A DNA stretch of 64,000 nucleotides from Parcubacteria group bacterium (GCA_041662245.1 JBAZSW010000002.1:11835-75834), one strand, 5' to 3'; counted from the first letter of the stretch, positions 27,081 to 37,664 are shown. Program-made: numbers and translations. Notes: generated from the sequence alone by a model not told the origin.

Positions 27081-27749
27081 ATGAAAAGCGTGAACCTAAA
27101 GGCAAATCCAAGAGATTTAAAAAATGAGAATCTAAACAGCAAGAGAATAAATGGTGAAATCCCTGCCGTTTTATATGGACAAGGAAAAGAAAATATAAAT
27201 ATTTGGGTTAATGCATTGGCTTTTGGAAAAGTTTTTGATGAAGCTGGTGAAAATACGGTGGTTGCCCTAGAAATTCAAGGAGGAGAAAAAGAAAATGTTT
27301 TGATCTATGATTTTCAATCTAATCCTCTTTCAGGAAAAATTACGCATATTGACCTCTTGAGAGTTAATATGAAAGAAGAAGTGGAAACGGAAATTCCATT
27401 AGTTTTTGTGGGAGAAGCTCCTGCTGTAAAAGAACTAGGTGGAACATTGGTTAAAGTTTTAGACGAAGTGGAAGTAAGATGTCTGCCTGGAAATATGCCT
27501 CATGAATTAACTGTTGATTTAACTAAATTGGTTAGCTTTGAAGATAAAATTACAGTGGGAGACTTGGTTGTTTCTGCAGATGTTGAGATTTTGGATAATC
27601 CAGAAACTATGATTGCAGCTGTGTCTGCTCCTAGAAGCGAAGAGGAACTAGCTGAATTAAATGAGAAAGTAGAGGAAGATGTATCAAAAGTAACGGCTGT
27701 CAAAGAAAAAACTGCTGACGCTGAAGGAAAAGCCGAAGATAAAAAGTAA
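27081..27749 (+). CDS. rplY: 50S ribosomal protein L25 / general stress protein Ctc
   Basis: bL25 N-terminal beta-barrel (LKANPRDLKNENLNSKRINGEIPAVLYG) plus the Ctc-type C-terminal extension. 222 aa. Confidence 0.8.
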   Translation: MKSVNLKANPRDLKNENLNSKRINGEIPAVLYGQGKENINIWVNALAFGKVFDEAGENTVVALEIQGGEKENVLIYDFQSNPLSGKITHIDLLRVNMKEEVETEIPLVFVGEAPAVKELGGTLVKVLDEVEVRCLPGNMPHELTVDLTKLVSFEDKITVGDLVVSADVEILDNPETMIAAVSAPRSEEELAELNEKVEEDVSKVTAVKEKTADAEGKAEDKK

Positions 27750-27825
27750 TTTTTTTAGTAGCTTTTAACTTGTAATAGTGTATATAAAAATAAAAAAATC
27801 TCCTATTGCGAATGATCTGTACCCC

Positions 27826-27870
27826 AAAAAGTGGACATGCTAAAAAAGCACCTGTCCACTTTTTTGTTTT
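27826..27870 (+). terminator. rho-independent terminator after rplY
   Basis: AAAAGTGGACA ...loop... TGTCCACTTTT followed by TTGTTTT. Confidence 0.6.
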
Positions 27871-27909
27871 GGTGTAAAATTTATAAATTAAAAGTCAGAA
27901 GTTTTGTTT

Positions 27910-27995
27910 GTACCCCCACCAGGAATCGAACCTAGATCTTCAGCTTAGAAGTCCTGAAAGCTAAACACTTTCAGCTCTAGGTCAGTTGAGCGTAT
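27910..27995 (-). pseudogene. partial tRNA-Arg(TCT) copy (D-arm, anticodon loop and 3' half retained; 5' acceptor strand missing)
   Basis: 27910-27951 is 42/42 identical to 28066-28107 (anticodon loop through 3' end). A D-arm-like GCTCAACTGACCTAGAGC follows. There is no complement for the TGGGGGT acceptor strand, and about 22 nt are inserted before the anticodon loop. Confidence 0.5.
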
Positions 27996-28066
27996 TTATT
28001 TTGATGGAAGTTTCTTCAAAAGTTTTTTCTTTAAATTCAAAATTTGAAATTTGAAATTATTATGCG

Positions 28067-28138
28067 TACCCCCACCAGGAATCGAACCTAGATCTTCAGC
28101 TTAGAAGGCTGTTGCTCTATCCGTTGAGCTATGGGGGC
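28067..28138 (-). tRNA. tRNA-Arg (anticodon TCT)
   Basis: Minus-strand GCCCCCATAGCTCAACGGATAGAGCAACAGCCTTCTAAGCTGAAGATCTAGGTTCGATTCCTGGTGGGGGTA, which folds as a cloverleaf with anticodon loop CTTCTAA and a GTTCGATTC T-loop. Confidence 0.8.
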
Positions 28139-28143
28139 ATATG

Positions 28144-28216
28144 TGCGCTGTGGGGGATTCGAACCCTCGACCGTTTGCTTAAGAGGCAACTGCTCTACCG
28201 ACTGAGCTAACAGCGC
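28144..28216 (-). tRNA. tRNA-Lys (anticodon CTT)
   Basis: Minus-strand GCGCTGTTAGCTCAGTCGGTAGAGCAGTTGCCTCTTAAGCAAACGGTCGAGGGTTCGAATCCCCCACAGCGCA. The 7-bp acceptor stem pairs perfectly and the anticodon loop is CTCTTAA. Confidence 0.85.
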
Positions 28217-28460
28217 AAAAGTCTTAATAACATGGTCAATAGTAGCAATAAAATATAAGTTAGTCAATATAAATTTGAAAATCAGAATTGTTATGGTGGC
28301 TACTAGTATGCATATAATAAAGATGGGTTCTTTATGGTATAATTTAGCCGTGTTAAAAATGTCGAAAAGACACTCCAGTACGATTATCAGAGATGTTTCA
28401 AGCAGAAAACAGAAGAGTGTTGCCTTAGTGAAGGTTTAAATAAACTTTTTTTATTATAAT

Positions 28461-29162
28461 ATGATAAAATTTTTTAAAAACAAAAAAGATATTTTGGCAG
28501 TTATGTCAGAAAAGGATGCTGGATCGATGAAATTATTGAAAAATGATATCAACGAAAAAAACAGAAATAATTTTTTCAAAGATTTAGGAATTGATAAAAA
28601 TAATGTTTTTTCAGCCGAGATAGTCCATAGTGACAAAGTTGAGATCGTGGATAATGATTCTCCCAAGATAATCAAAGGAGCAGATTCCTTAATAACAAGA
28701 AGAAAAGTTTTTTTAGCGGTAACAATAGCGGATTGCATCCCGGTTTATTTTTATGATGAAAAAAATAAGGTGATCGGACTGGCGCATGCTGGTTGGCGTG
28801 GAATTGCCGATGGGATAATTAAAAATACTCTAAATAAAATGCTAACTTTAGGTGCGACAGCCATAGAAATTAATATAATTATGGGACCTGGGATAAGAGA
28901 CTGTCATTTTGAAGTAGATAATGATGTGGCGGTTAATTTTAAAAATTATTCAGAATTTATTTTTAAAAAGGAAAATAAAATTTTTATTAATCTTTTTGGT
29001 ATTATTAACAAAGAATCTTTAGATTTTGGAATTAAAAAAGAAAATATTTCTGATTATGAAGAATGCACCTTCGAAAATAGTAATAAATATTTTTCCTATC
29101 GAAGAGATAACCCAAAAATAGTGGAGGCAATGATAGCGATTATGGGAATGAGAGATAATTAA
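28461..29162 (+). CDS. pgeF: peptidoglycan editing factor PgeF (YfiH/DUF152 family)
   Basis: HSDKV...ADSLIT...TIADCIPVYFYD...LAHAGWRGIADGI match the conserved His/Cys/His blocks of YfiH. Confidence 0.75.
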   Translation: MIKFFKNKKDILAVMSEKDAGSMKLLKNDINEKNRNNFFKDLGIDKNNVFSAEIVHSDKVEIVDNDSPKIIKGADSLITRRKVFLAVTIADCIPVYFYDEKNKVIGLAHAGWRGIADGIIKNTLNKMLTLGATAIEINIIMGPGIRDCHFEVDNDVAVNFKNYSEFIFKKENKIFINLFGIINKESLDFGIKKENISDYEECTFENSNKYFSYRRDNPKIVEAMIAIMGMRDN

Positions 29163-29165
29163 AAA

Positions 29166-30443
29166 TTAAAGATGGTTATCTTTTTTATAATCCTGCCACT
29201 CTTTAATAGACCAATTTTTTGGTTTGGAAGTTAAAAGTTCTCCTGGCTTGGGATAATCATTGGGAGAATTGTAACTACTTTTAAAGTTTTCATCAATAAG
29301 AATATTTCCATTGGCATCGGTGACTTTTTGGTTAAAAATTGTCTTCATCGATCCATCTGATTCTCGAGACAAGATATGCGGACCGTCTATTTCAACTTTC
29401 CTGCCATCGTCAGTGCCATAAAATCTAAAGATTAATTCTTTTTTCTCGATATTTAAATCGGTTTTAATTAAAATATATCCCGAAGTATTATTCTTAAAAC
29501 GTAAATCTGGACTAGGTACATAAACAGTGCTATCCATTCCTTGGGGAGCGTAATAATGAACTGCATAGGCATGATTTCTGCGAGCGGTAATTTCTAAACC
29601 ACTATAAATGGCAGCACGAAAGGCAGTAGTGGAAACTTGGCAAATTCCACCGCCAAATTCTGGTTCAGTGACTCCCTTTTTTATAACTAATTCTTGTTTG
29701 TAGCCATGCTCACCATCAACTTCTCCTAGATTTTTTACGAAAGAAAATTCTTCCCCTGGTTTGATGAGAAGTCCGTCAAAGCGACTAGTAGCCACTTTTA
29801 TATTAAAAATTCTGCTAAGAGTTGATCCGGTGAAATTTGATTTACCTTCTCCGATAAGGGTTTTGATGCCCAATTTTTCCGCGTCATTATTTCCTACTTC
29901 AGGACTAATGATATCAAAGGATAATTTTAGTTTATTAGAAGCTTGCTGCGTAGAAAGAAAATTGCTAATATCTTGAGTACTTTTTTCTATGTTTAAATCA
30001 TAGCCATCAGCGCTTAAGGAAAAAGTAGAGACTTTTCCTGTGTCGGTTACCGTAAAAGCAGCATTGGATGGCTTTTTGTTAAATTTTTGTGCTAAATTTT
30101 CTAAAAATAGAGTGATATTTTTTTTATCTATATCTTGAGTTTCTATCTTTTTGATAGTATGTTTTAATCTTTCAGTTTTGGTTAGGCTACAAATAATTTT
30201 TGAATTAGGACAGTAGTTGGTGTCCTCTACTTGAGAATCGTAATTGGGGTCATAAATAAGAGATGGCTGAGTAACTATCCATTTAGAAATATCTTTTTGA
30301 GATACGGTTATTTCTTGATCGGGTATTTCAAAAATTATATTTTCAAAATTATTTGAAAAAGCCGATGCTAAATTACCAGCTAATATTAATAAAAAAACTA
30401 GCAGAAATAAAAAACATTTAATTGGATTTTTTCTAATTTTCAT
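29166..30443 (-). CDS. VanW-family protein
   Basis: Signal/TM N-terminus. C-terminal VanW core (GGGICQVSTTAFRAAIYSGLEITARRNHAYAVHYY...GMDSTVY). Confidence 0.7.
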   Translation of the reverse strand: MKIRKNPIKCFLFLLVFLLILAGNLASAFSNNFENIIFEIPDQEITVSQKDISKWIVTQPSLIYDPNYDSQVEDTNYCPNSKIICSLTKTERLKHTIKKIETQDIDKKNITLFLENLAQKFNKKPSNAAFTVTDTGKVSTFSLSADGYDLNIEKSTQDISNFLSTQQASNKLKLSFDIISPEVGNNDAEKLGIKTLIGEGKSNFTGSTLSRIFNIKVATSRFDGLLIKPGEEFSFVKNLGEVDGEHGYKQELVIKKGVTEPEFGGGICQVSTTAFRAAIYSGLEITARRNHAYAVHYYAPQGMDSTVYVPSPDLRFKNNTSGYILIKTDLNIEKKELIFRFYGTDDGRKVEIDGPHILSRESDGSMKTIFNQKVTDANGNILIDENFKSSYNSPNDYPKPGELLTSKPKNWSIKEWQDYKKDNHL

Positions 30444-30557
30444 TTTCCGTGAAGTGTTTCAACTTAGTATTTTAAATAAGTAATATTAAGACAAAACTGC
30501 TAGTGATATAAAATTAGCAGTTTTGTTTATTATAGAAATAACTTTTATCAAAATTAT

Positions 30558-31097
30558 TTAGAAACCTCGGACTTTTATTTTTTTGGTTCGATTGGTGTCA
30601 GCTTTGGGCAATTTGATAGTTAAGATTCCATTTTTTAACGAAGCTTCTATCTTTTCGGCGATAACATCCACTGGTAAAACTACAGAACGAGAAAAACTCC
30701 CCCAATAACACTCTTGGTAATAAAAATTTTCTTGGTTAACTTCTTCCTCAAACTTGCGTTCCCCTTTGATGGTAACCATATCATTGTTTATGGAAACATC
30801 TAAATCCTCGGGGTTAACTCCAGCAATGGTGGATTTAATAACAATATCATCATCTGTTTGAAAAACATCGATAGTTAGCTGTCCTTCTCCTGATTCATCG
30901 GTAGTGTCTGGAGCCCCCCAGTTATCAGAAAAATTATCAGAAACACTTTCTGAATGAGAGCTGGGAATAGAGATATCATCCATCTCATCTTCGGTGGAAA
31001 TACTCATTGGTCTAATGGGGGTGGTCATATCATCATTATCGCTCATTCTTTTTGAACCAATTAATTTTTCCATAAATGATTTTTTTTCTTTTGTCAT
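30558..31097 (-). CDS. Hsp20/alpha-crystallin family small heat-shock protein
   Basis: The alpha-crystallin domain (DVFQTDDDIVIKSTIAGVNPEDLDVSINNDMVTIKGER...NGILTIKLPK) is preceded by a D/E-rich N-terminus. Confidence 0.8.
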   Translation of the reverse strand: MTKEKKSFMEKLIGSKRMSDNDDMTTPIRPMSISTEDEMDDISIPSSHSESVSDNFSDNWGAPDTTDESGEGQLTIDVFQTDDDIVIKSTIAGVNPEDLDVSINNDMVTIKGERKFEEEVNQENFYYQECYWGSFSRSVVLPVDVIAEKIEASLKNGILTIKLPKADTNRTKKIKVRGF

Positions 31098-31189
31098 ATT
31101 TTTTATTTTTTTAAATAGAATATTTATAAAACCAACATAAATAGAATGACTTCTATTTGTAATATTATATTTGAATTATAGGACATTTA

Positions 31190-31777
31190 TTAATCTGAGG
31201 CAAGTTTTTTATTCACAGCTAAAAGACCATAGATATTGACAATAAATAAGAGAAAAATTATTCCAGCAGAGGTATATTGGCTATAATTTTCTAAATAAAT
31301 TCTAAAATAGTTATAACTGAGATGAATAATAAAGTTAAAAAATAGAACGGATACGTTGGGCCCCTTTTTGTGGGTGGTAGATAAAAAATATCCTAATATT
31401 CCAAAAGTGAGAATATGCAAAGGGGCAGTAGCTAGTAAGTCAGATAAATTGAAATCAATTTTGTTGTAAGTGTATTTTTGATAAATTATAAATATTTCCA
31501 CTAAGGCGAAACCTATTCCAGCAATCCAAGTGTTTATCATAAATCCTTTTCCATAAGACAGAGAGAGTATTTTTTTACTAACAATGAAATATTTAAAAGA
31601 TTCTTCGGTGAGAGCATAGATAATCAAAAAAGTAAGAGAACTCATGAGCACGGAAGTGATTTTATCAGATGAATTTTGGGACAACAAAAGAGAAAGAATT
31701 ATTAGTTGAAGAACAAGGGACATTCCTGCGGTGATTATTCCCCAAAAAAGAGATTGAATGGCATTTCTAAAATTCAT
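31190..31777 (-). CDS. polytopic membrane protein, possibly a PrsW-like intramembrane protease
   Basis: About 6 TM helices. An EESFKY (EExxK-like) motif in TM2 and conserved His residues further on. This is a weak call. Confidence 0.3.
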   Translation of the reverse strand: MNFRNAIQSLFWGIITAGMSLVLQLIILSLLLSQNSSDKITSVLMSSLTFLIIYALTEESFKYFIVSKKILSLSYGKGFMINTWIAGIGFALVEIFIIYQKYTYNKIDFNLSDLLATAPLHILTFGILGYFLSTTHKKGPNVSVLFFNFIIHLSYNYFRIYLENYSQYTSAGIIFLLFIVNIYGLLAVNKKLASD

Positions 31778-31806
31778 TTTGTTGTTAAAGGTTAAGAGCT
31801 TAAGCT

Positions 31807-34455
31807 TTATTCTAGTTTTTCTAAATGTTTTTTTATTTCAGAAATATTGAGCTTGACTGAAGCTAGCTTTTCTTTTTCTTGTGCCACTATTTGGGAAGGA
31901 GCTTTTTTAATGAATTCAACATTATTTAATTTTTGTTCTAATCCCGCGACATATTTAGTTAAATTTCTTAATTCTTCTTGAATTCTTTGTTGTTCCTTTT
32001 CTTTATTTACTTCACTAATTAAATATATTTCAATTCCATCAACAATAGTGTAAATAGCATCAGCAGGTTTCTCTCCACTTTTAGCTAAAATTAATTCGCT
32101 AATTCCAGTACGAAGGTTTGTGATTAAAATTTCATTATTTTTAAGCTCATCAAAATTAGTTTCTGCATAAATAATGGCTTTTACTTTTTTAGTAGGTTCG
32201 ATTTTGTTTTCGGCACGCAGATTTCTTATAGCGGTTATGATGGTTTGAGTTTTTATAAAGATATGCGATTCCGTATCATGATTCTTGTCAGAAATTTCAT
32301 TCCAACTCTCTAAAGTAGGCCAAGCTTCGATTAGAAGCAATTTTTCCTTATTGAGATTGGACCAAACTTCTTCGGTTACAAAAGGAATAAAGGGGTGCCA
32401 AAGTTTCAACAGGTCTTCTAATATTTTCTTTAAGATAATATTTTTTTCCGTTTGGTTATCTTCAAATTTAGCTACCTCTAAATACCAATCAGCAAAATCA
32501 TTTTTGGTGAAATCCTGGAGTTTTTCTCCAGCTAAGGAAAAATTATATTTTTCTAAATTAGTTGTGACTTCAGTAATTAAGTTTTTGGCTTTGCTAATAA
32601 TCCACTTATCTGCTGAGGTAAGATTTTCTTCATCAATTTTTTCTTCGGTAACATTAGCTCCAATTTTAGCGATGACGAATCGGCTGATATTCCAAAGTTT
32701 GTTAACAAAATTTCTGTAGCTCTCAATTTTTGTTTCTCCTAAATTCATATCATTTCCAGGAGAAGATCCTATGAGGACAGATAAGCGAACAGCGTCAGTT
32801 CCAAATTTTTCAATCATTTCCAGCGGTTCAATCCCATTTCCTTTGGACTTGGACATTTTGAGTCCTTTTTCATCGCGGATTAATCCTGTGAAGTATAGAT
32901 TCTTAAAAGGAATTTGTTTTGTTTTATATAAGCTAAGAATTATCATACGAAAAGCCCAGAAAGGTAGAATGTCCCGCCCCATAATCATATTATTGCTAGG
33001 ATAAAAGTCTTTAAAATCTTTTCCTTCAGGATATTCTAAAGTAGTGTAAGACCACTGACCAGATGAAAACCAAGTATCAAAAGTATCCTCTTCTTGTACC
33101 CAATCTTTTCCAGGGGAATCTAATTGAACTTTTATTTCTCCATCTTTGTACCAAGCGGGAATTCTGGGTCCCCACCAAATTTGCCGAGAAATGCACCAAT
33201 CATGGACGTTATCAATCCAATTTAGCATTATTTTTTTGAAAGAGGCTGGATGTATTTTTATGTCTTCATTTGAAATTACTTTTCGAGCTTCATTTTTAAG
33301 GGAGAAATTTTTGTGATCAACATTAATAAACCATTGTTCAGATGGAATTGGCTCAATGGGTGTTTTGCAACGTTCGCAAACAGAAAGGTTCTGAATATAA
33401 TTATCTTCAATATGATCAATTAATCCCATCTTTTGCATATCAGTAACTATGGCTTCGCGAGCTTCTTTTGTGGACATGCCGGCATATTTTCCACAGTTAG
33501 CCATCATTTTTCCTGATTCATCTATTATTTGTCGAGAGGGCAGACGATGTCTTATGGCGATTTCATTATCAGTGAAACTATGGGCGGGAGTAACTTTTAT
33601 AGCTCCCGAGCCGAAGCTCATATCAACTTCTTTATCCGCGATAACCAGAACCTCAAATTCACCCAAAACTCCTGGTATCATATATTTTTTCCCCACCATA
33701 TCCTTATATCTATCATCATCGGGATGAACAGCTACAGCAGTATCGCCCAATTTTGTTTCTGGACGAGAAGTGGCCAATACAAAAGGACCATATTTTATCC
33801 AATAAAGTTTAGATGTTGTTTCTTCATGTTCAACCTCAACGTCAGCTAATGCGCTAGCGCAACGCGGACACCAATTTATTATTCTTTTACCCTTATAGGC
33901 CATCCTATTTCCTTCGTTGTCAACTTCATTGTACATTTGTACGAAAGTTTCTAGAACTATATTAACTAAATTAGGATTAAGGGTAAATTTCTCCCTGCTC
34001 CAATCAGCACTGAGTCCAAGTTTCTTTTCTTGGTTTCGCATGTATTGAGAACGATCAATGCAAAAATCATAAATTTCTTGGTAAAATTTATCTCGCCCTA
34101 AATCATGTCTTGAAATTCCACGTTCTTTTTTAATTTTCTTTTCGTAAACAACCTGGGTTTGAATCCCAGCATGATCTTTGCCTGGTAAAAGAAGAACTTT
34201 TTTCCCCAACATTCTATTATATCTTCCAAGTAAATCCATAGTCACATAACCACTGGCATGACCAATATGAAGCTCTCCATTGGCATTGGGCGGTGGCAGA
34301 ATATTGGCATATTTTTCTTTGCGGTCGGATAAATTATCCGGGTTAAAAAAACCTGAATCTTCCCAGATTTTATATATTTTATCTTCTACTTTCTTAGGGT
34401 CGTATATTTTTGGCAACTCTGATTGCGACATATAGTTTAAGTTTTTCATAGACAT
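31807..34455 (-). CDS. valS: valine--tRNA ligase
   Basis: HIGH motif (LHIGHASGY), KMSKS motif (KMSKSKGN), and the editing and anticodon-binding domains plus a C-terminal coiled coil. 882 aa. Confidence 0.95.
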   Translation of the reverse strand: MSMKNLNYMSQSELPKIYDPKKVEDKIYKIWEDSGFFNPDNLSDRKEKYANILPPPNANGELHIGHASGYVTMDLLGRYNRMLGKKVLLLPGKDHAGIQTQVVYEKKIKKERGISRHDLGRDKFYQEIYDFCIDRSQYMRNQEKKLGLSADWSREKFTLNPNLVNIVLETFVQMYNEVDNEGNRMAYKGKRIINWCPRCASALADVEVEHEETTSKLYWIKYGPFVLATSRPETKLGDTAVAVHPDDDRYKDMVGKKYMIPGVLGEFEVLVIADKEVDMSFGSGAIKVTPAHSFTDNEIAIRHRLPSRQIIDESGKMMANCGKYAGMSTKEAREAIVTDMQKMGLIDHIEDNYIQNLSVCERCKTPIEPIPSEQWFINVDHKNFSLKNEARKVISNEDIKIHPASFKKIMLNWIDNVHDWCISRQIWWGPRIPAWYKDGEIKVQLDSPGKDWVQEEDTFDTWFSSGQWSYTTLEYPEGKDFKDFYPSNNMIMGRDILPFWAFRMIILSLYKTKQIPFKNLYFTGLIRDEKGLKMSKSKGNGIEPLEMIEKFGTDAVRLSVLIGSSPGNDMNLGETKIESYRNFVNKLWNISRFVIAKIGANVTEEKIDEENLTSADKWIISKAKNLITEVTTNLEKYNFSLAGEKLQDFTKNDFADWYLEVAKFEDNQTEKNIILKKILEDLLKLWHPFIPFVTEEVWSNLNKEKLLLIEAWPTLESWNEISDKNHDTESHIFIKTQTIITAIRNLRAENKIEPTKKVKAIIYAETNFDELKNNEILITNLRTGISELILAKSGEKPADAIYTIVDGIEIYLISEVNKEKEQQRIQEELRNLTKYVAGLEQKLNNVEFIKKAPSQIVAQEKEKLASVKLNISEIKKHLEKLE

Positions 34456-34539
34456 TATATGCCTATCTTAACAGTAGATAGGGTATTTTTCAAGAGGAAT
34501 CTGTACAAATTTCAAAAAGTTTTTTTAAGGATGGTTAGT

Positions 34540-35679
34540 CTAAATTTTTAATTCAGCATTGGCTTCTAGAGTTTTCCAGTTATCGAGAGTTGATTTCCTT
34601 TGATCAGAATTCATTTTATTCCAACGATAGTTAGCTGCAATGGCTATCATGGCGGCATTATCTGTGGAGTAAGTGGCAGGTTGCGACTGATAATTAATAT
34701 GGGGAATATTTTTTTTAACTGCCAAAGCCAGCTTATCTTTTAAATTATTATTAGCCGAAACTCCTCCAGCTAGAAAAATAGTTTGAGGATTATATTTGAG
34801 TGCAGCTTTGATGGTTTTAATTACTAAAACATCAGTAGCTGCTTCTTGAAATTCATAAGCTATCTTTTGAATAAAATTTTCCGGCAAATTTTCAGTTTCT
34901 TTTAAATTATTTTTTTTGCGGTAATCTTTTACTTTATACAAAACAGCAGTCTTTAATCCTGAAAAAGAAAAATTAAGATCCTGACTATGAAGCATGGGAC
35001 GGGGAAGAAAAGGTTTTATATTTTTTTTAGACGATTTTGTATCATTAGAAATTAAGTTATTATTTTTTAACTTAAAATCGGCTGCTTTGGTAGCAATAAT
35101 TGGTCCACCTGGGTAACTTAAGCCTAGGATGCGAGCTACTTTATCGAAAGCTTCTCCTGCGGCGTCATCTTGAGTTTCTCCTATAATTTGATATCTAAAA
35201 TGGTCAGTCATTAAAATTAATTGAGTATGTCCACCTGAAACTACTAGTGACAAAATGGGAAACTTTATTTCTTTTTGTGATGTGTTGCTTGGGCTAATTT
35301 CATTTCCAATAAAATTAGCATAAATATGCCCTTCAATATGGTGTATTCCCATTAGAGGTTTTTGCCAAATGTAAGAAAGCGTTTTGGCAAAATTGGTACC
35401 AATAAGAAGAGCAGGAATAAGTCCTGGACCTTGAGTGACAGCTATTAAATCAATATCAATTATTTTTTTATTTGCTTTTTTGAGGGCTAATTTTAAAACG
35501 GGAATAATGTTTTTAAGGTGTTCTCTGGCAGCCAGATTGGGAACTACTCCTCCCCAAGCGGCGTGCAGAGCTATTTGTGAAGAGATTGTATTGGATAATA
35601 TGGATAGATTTCCATTTTTCTCTTCCAAGATAGCGATAGCGGTTTCGTCGCAAGACGTTTCAACGCCTAAAATTAACAT
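34540..35679 (-). CDS. tsaD: tRNA N6-adenosine threonylcarbamoyltransferase TsaD
   Basis: MLILGVETSCDETAIAI... and the Kae1/Gcp HxxH metal site (HHIEGH). Confidence 0.9.
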   Translation of the reverse strand: MLILGVETSCDETAIAILEEKNGNLSILSNTISSQIALHAAWGGVVPNLAAREHLKNIIPVLKLALKKANKKIIDIDLIAVTQGPGLIPALLIGTNFAKTLSYIWQKPLMGIHHIEGHIYANFIGNEISPSNTSQKEIKFPILSLVVSGGHTQLILMTDHFRYQIIGETQDDAAGEAFDKVARILGLSYPGGPIIATKAADFKLKNNNLISNDTKSSKKNIKPFLPRPMLHSQDLNFSFSGLKTAVLYKVKDYRKKNNLKETENLPENFIQKIAYEFQEAATDVLVIKTIKAALKYNPQTIFLAGGVSANNNLKDKLALAVKKNIPHINYQSQPATYSTDNAAMIAIAANYRWNKMNSDQRKSTLDNWKTLEANAELKI

Positions 35680-36212
35680 AATTTTTTGAATTAATAGTAC
35701 TTAATTATGATAGTAGGTAATGGGGAAATAGGCAAGGAACACTTAAACTTTAAATTTCAAATTATCACCTAAAACGCTGTGGTATTTGCGAGCAGGGGAG
35801 AAGATGGTAAATATTTTCTATTCTTTTTTGTTTATTCTGTCATTGTTTATTTTGAATACAGAATTAGTTTGCAAAGATAACATATGGAGTAAAGTTTTAG
35901 AAATAAAAGTTGGTCAAATATTGCACGTGTGTTTATTTGGCCAACTTTATAAACCTTACAAACTTTAAAAACTTTATGAACTCATATATTTCCTTGACAA
36001 CACACTGTTTCCTTCTTAATAAGCTAAGTCTAAGTTCTTTAAAATTTAGAAAATAGGGATACGTTAATTTGTTAATTAAAAATGGTAACAAATATTAGAC
36101 AAAAACCTTTGGATAAACTATATTAGATACAGATAATTGTTGTGTTTTTCAGTTAAGATATCGCAAATCTAATGAATGAGAAAATGTATTATAAATAAAA
36201 AATTTTAAGTAA

Positions 36213-37655
36213 ATGATAAATACTAAGTTAAAAAAGATATTTTTTTGGATTTTGGTGGTAATATTTTTAGCGATTACTCCAGCCATAGTTTATTACGCAA
36301 TGGGTTATCGTTTTAACCCTGAAAGGGGAATTTTTATTTATTCCGGTTCAGTTACATTAAAACCAACGCCAAGGGAGATTGAAGTTTATATAAACGGCAA
36401 GCAGGTTTCTACTGGAATAGTTAATTTTTTAAATTATTCTTATCATGTAGGATCACTTTTGCCAGGGAAATATATGTTGGAAGTAAAGTCTGCTGGATAT
36501 AGGCCGTGGTCTAAGGAAGTGCATGTCCATAGCGGGGTTTCAACCGAGTTCTGGAATATTTTTTTAGTTAGAGAAAACTATACTAAAATACAATATCCTA
36601 CTCAAAAAACAGAAAACTTTTTTATTTCTCCTGATGGGAAAAGAATTGCTTTAGTGGAGAAAATGGATGAGGGGGTAGTCGTCAAAATTCTAGATATTAA
36701 AAAAGAGGAAATATTATATACTTTTCCTTTTGCGGGTTATGGGTTTTCTCAAAATAAAAAAGAAAATATTGAGTGGTCACCCAAAGAAGGGAGGCTAATC
36801 GTGCCTTTGGAAAAGGAGGGAAAAGAAGAATATTTTGTGGTGAGCATCGGTGGCAAGGAAGTCTTTAGCTTAAATGGAAAAATAAATCATTCTGATATTA
36901 GAAAGCTAAGATGGAGCAGTGATGATACTAATACTATATTTTATATTTCTCAAGACAGGCTTTTTCGAGTAAACTTGGATAACCCTGACGGAGCAATGGA
37001 AGTAGCTAGCAATATTGCCGGATATGATTTGTCAGGTTCCAATATTTATTATTTTTCTAAAGAAAATGGGATAATTTATCAAAAGAATATTATAGGAAAA
37101 GATGCCGAGAAACAGATAACTACAGATTCAATTGTGGCCGAAGCTGGATCTGATTTCGAGGTAATCGTTTATGATGAAGATAGAATTGCGGTAATTTCTC
37201 AAGATAAGAAGCTATATTTGTATAATCAGGGAGAGGTGGATAAAGGATTTAAAAAAATTGGGGAAGGAGTCCTAGGAGTCCATTTTTCTAATGATGGGAA
37301 AAAGATTGCTTTTTGGAGCAATAATGAAATCACTGTTTATTTCGTGAGGAAATGGGAAACTCAGCCTGCTCGAGAAGAAGGTCAAAAAATAGACATTGTT
37401 CGTTTTTCTCAATCAATTGATAATGTTAGTTGGCTGAAAGATTATGAACATCTTATTTTTAGCGCAGGTAATCAAGTAAAAATAGTGGAATTAGATAATC
37501 GTTCGGCTAAAAATATTGGTGATTTAGCCAGTTTGAATTCAGCCAATCCCAAAGCTGTTTATAATACCAGAGAAGATAATTTATTTTATATTGATAAAAA
37601 CAACGATACTGACAGTCTATATTTGATTAGTTTAATTGAAGAAACGGTAAAATAA
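36213..37655 (+). CDS. membrane-anchored PEGA-domain protein with a beta-propeller-like C-terminal region
   Basis: N-terminal TM. PEGA motif region (PREIEVYINGKQV...GKYMLEVKSAGYRPW). The C-terminal repeats resemble a TolB/WD40-like beta-propeller. Confidence 0.5.
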   Translation: MINTKLKKIFFWILVVIFLAITPAIVYYAMGYRFNPERGIFIYSGSVTLKPTPREIEVYINGKQVSTGIVNFLNYSYHVGSLLPGKYMLEVKSAGYRPWSKEVHVHSGVSTEFWNIFLVRENYTKIQYPTQKTENFFISPDGKRIALVEKMDEGVVVKILDIKKEEILYTFPFAGYGFSQNKKENIEWSPKEGRLIVPLEKEGKEEYFVVSIGGKEVFSLNGKINHSDIRKLRWSSDDTNTIFYISQDRLFRVNLDNPDGAMEVASNIAGYDLSGSNIYYFSKENGIIYQKNIIGKDAEKQITTDSIVAEAGSDFEVIVYDEDRIAVISQDKKLYLYNQGEVDKGFKKIGEGVLGVHFSNDGKKIAFWSNNEITVYFVRKWETQPAREEGQKIDIVRFSQSIDNVSWLKDYEHLIFSAGNQVKIVELDNRSAKNIGDLASLNSANPKAVYNTREDNLFYIDKNNDTDSLYLISLIEETVK

Positions 37656-37664
37656 CAAAAAGAT

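Noticed and set aside
35786-35968. 60-aa ORF upstream of the PEGA protein, with an AGGGGAG RBS before an internal ATG.
   Set aside because: The RBS-to-ATG spacing is too short. The product is hydrophobic and low-complexity, and the ORF lies in a divergent promoter region. Probably spurious.
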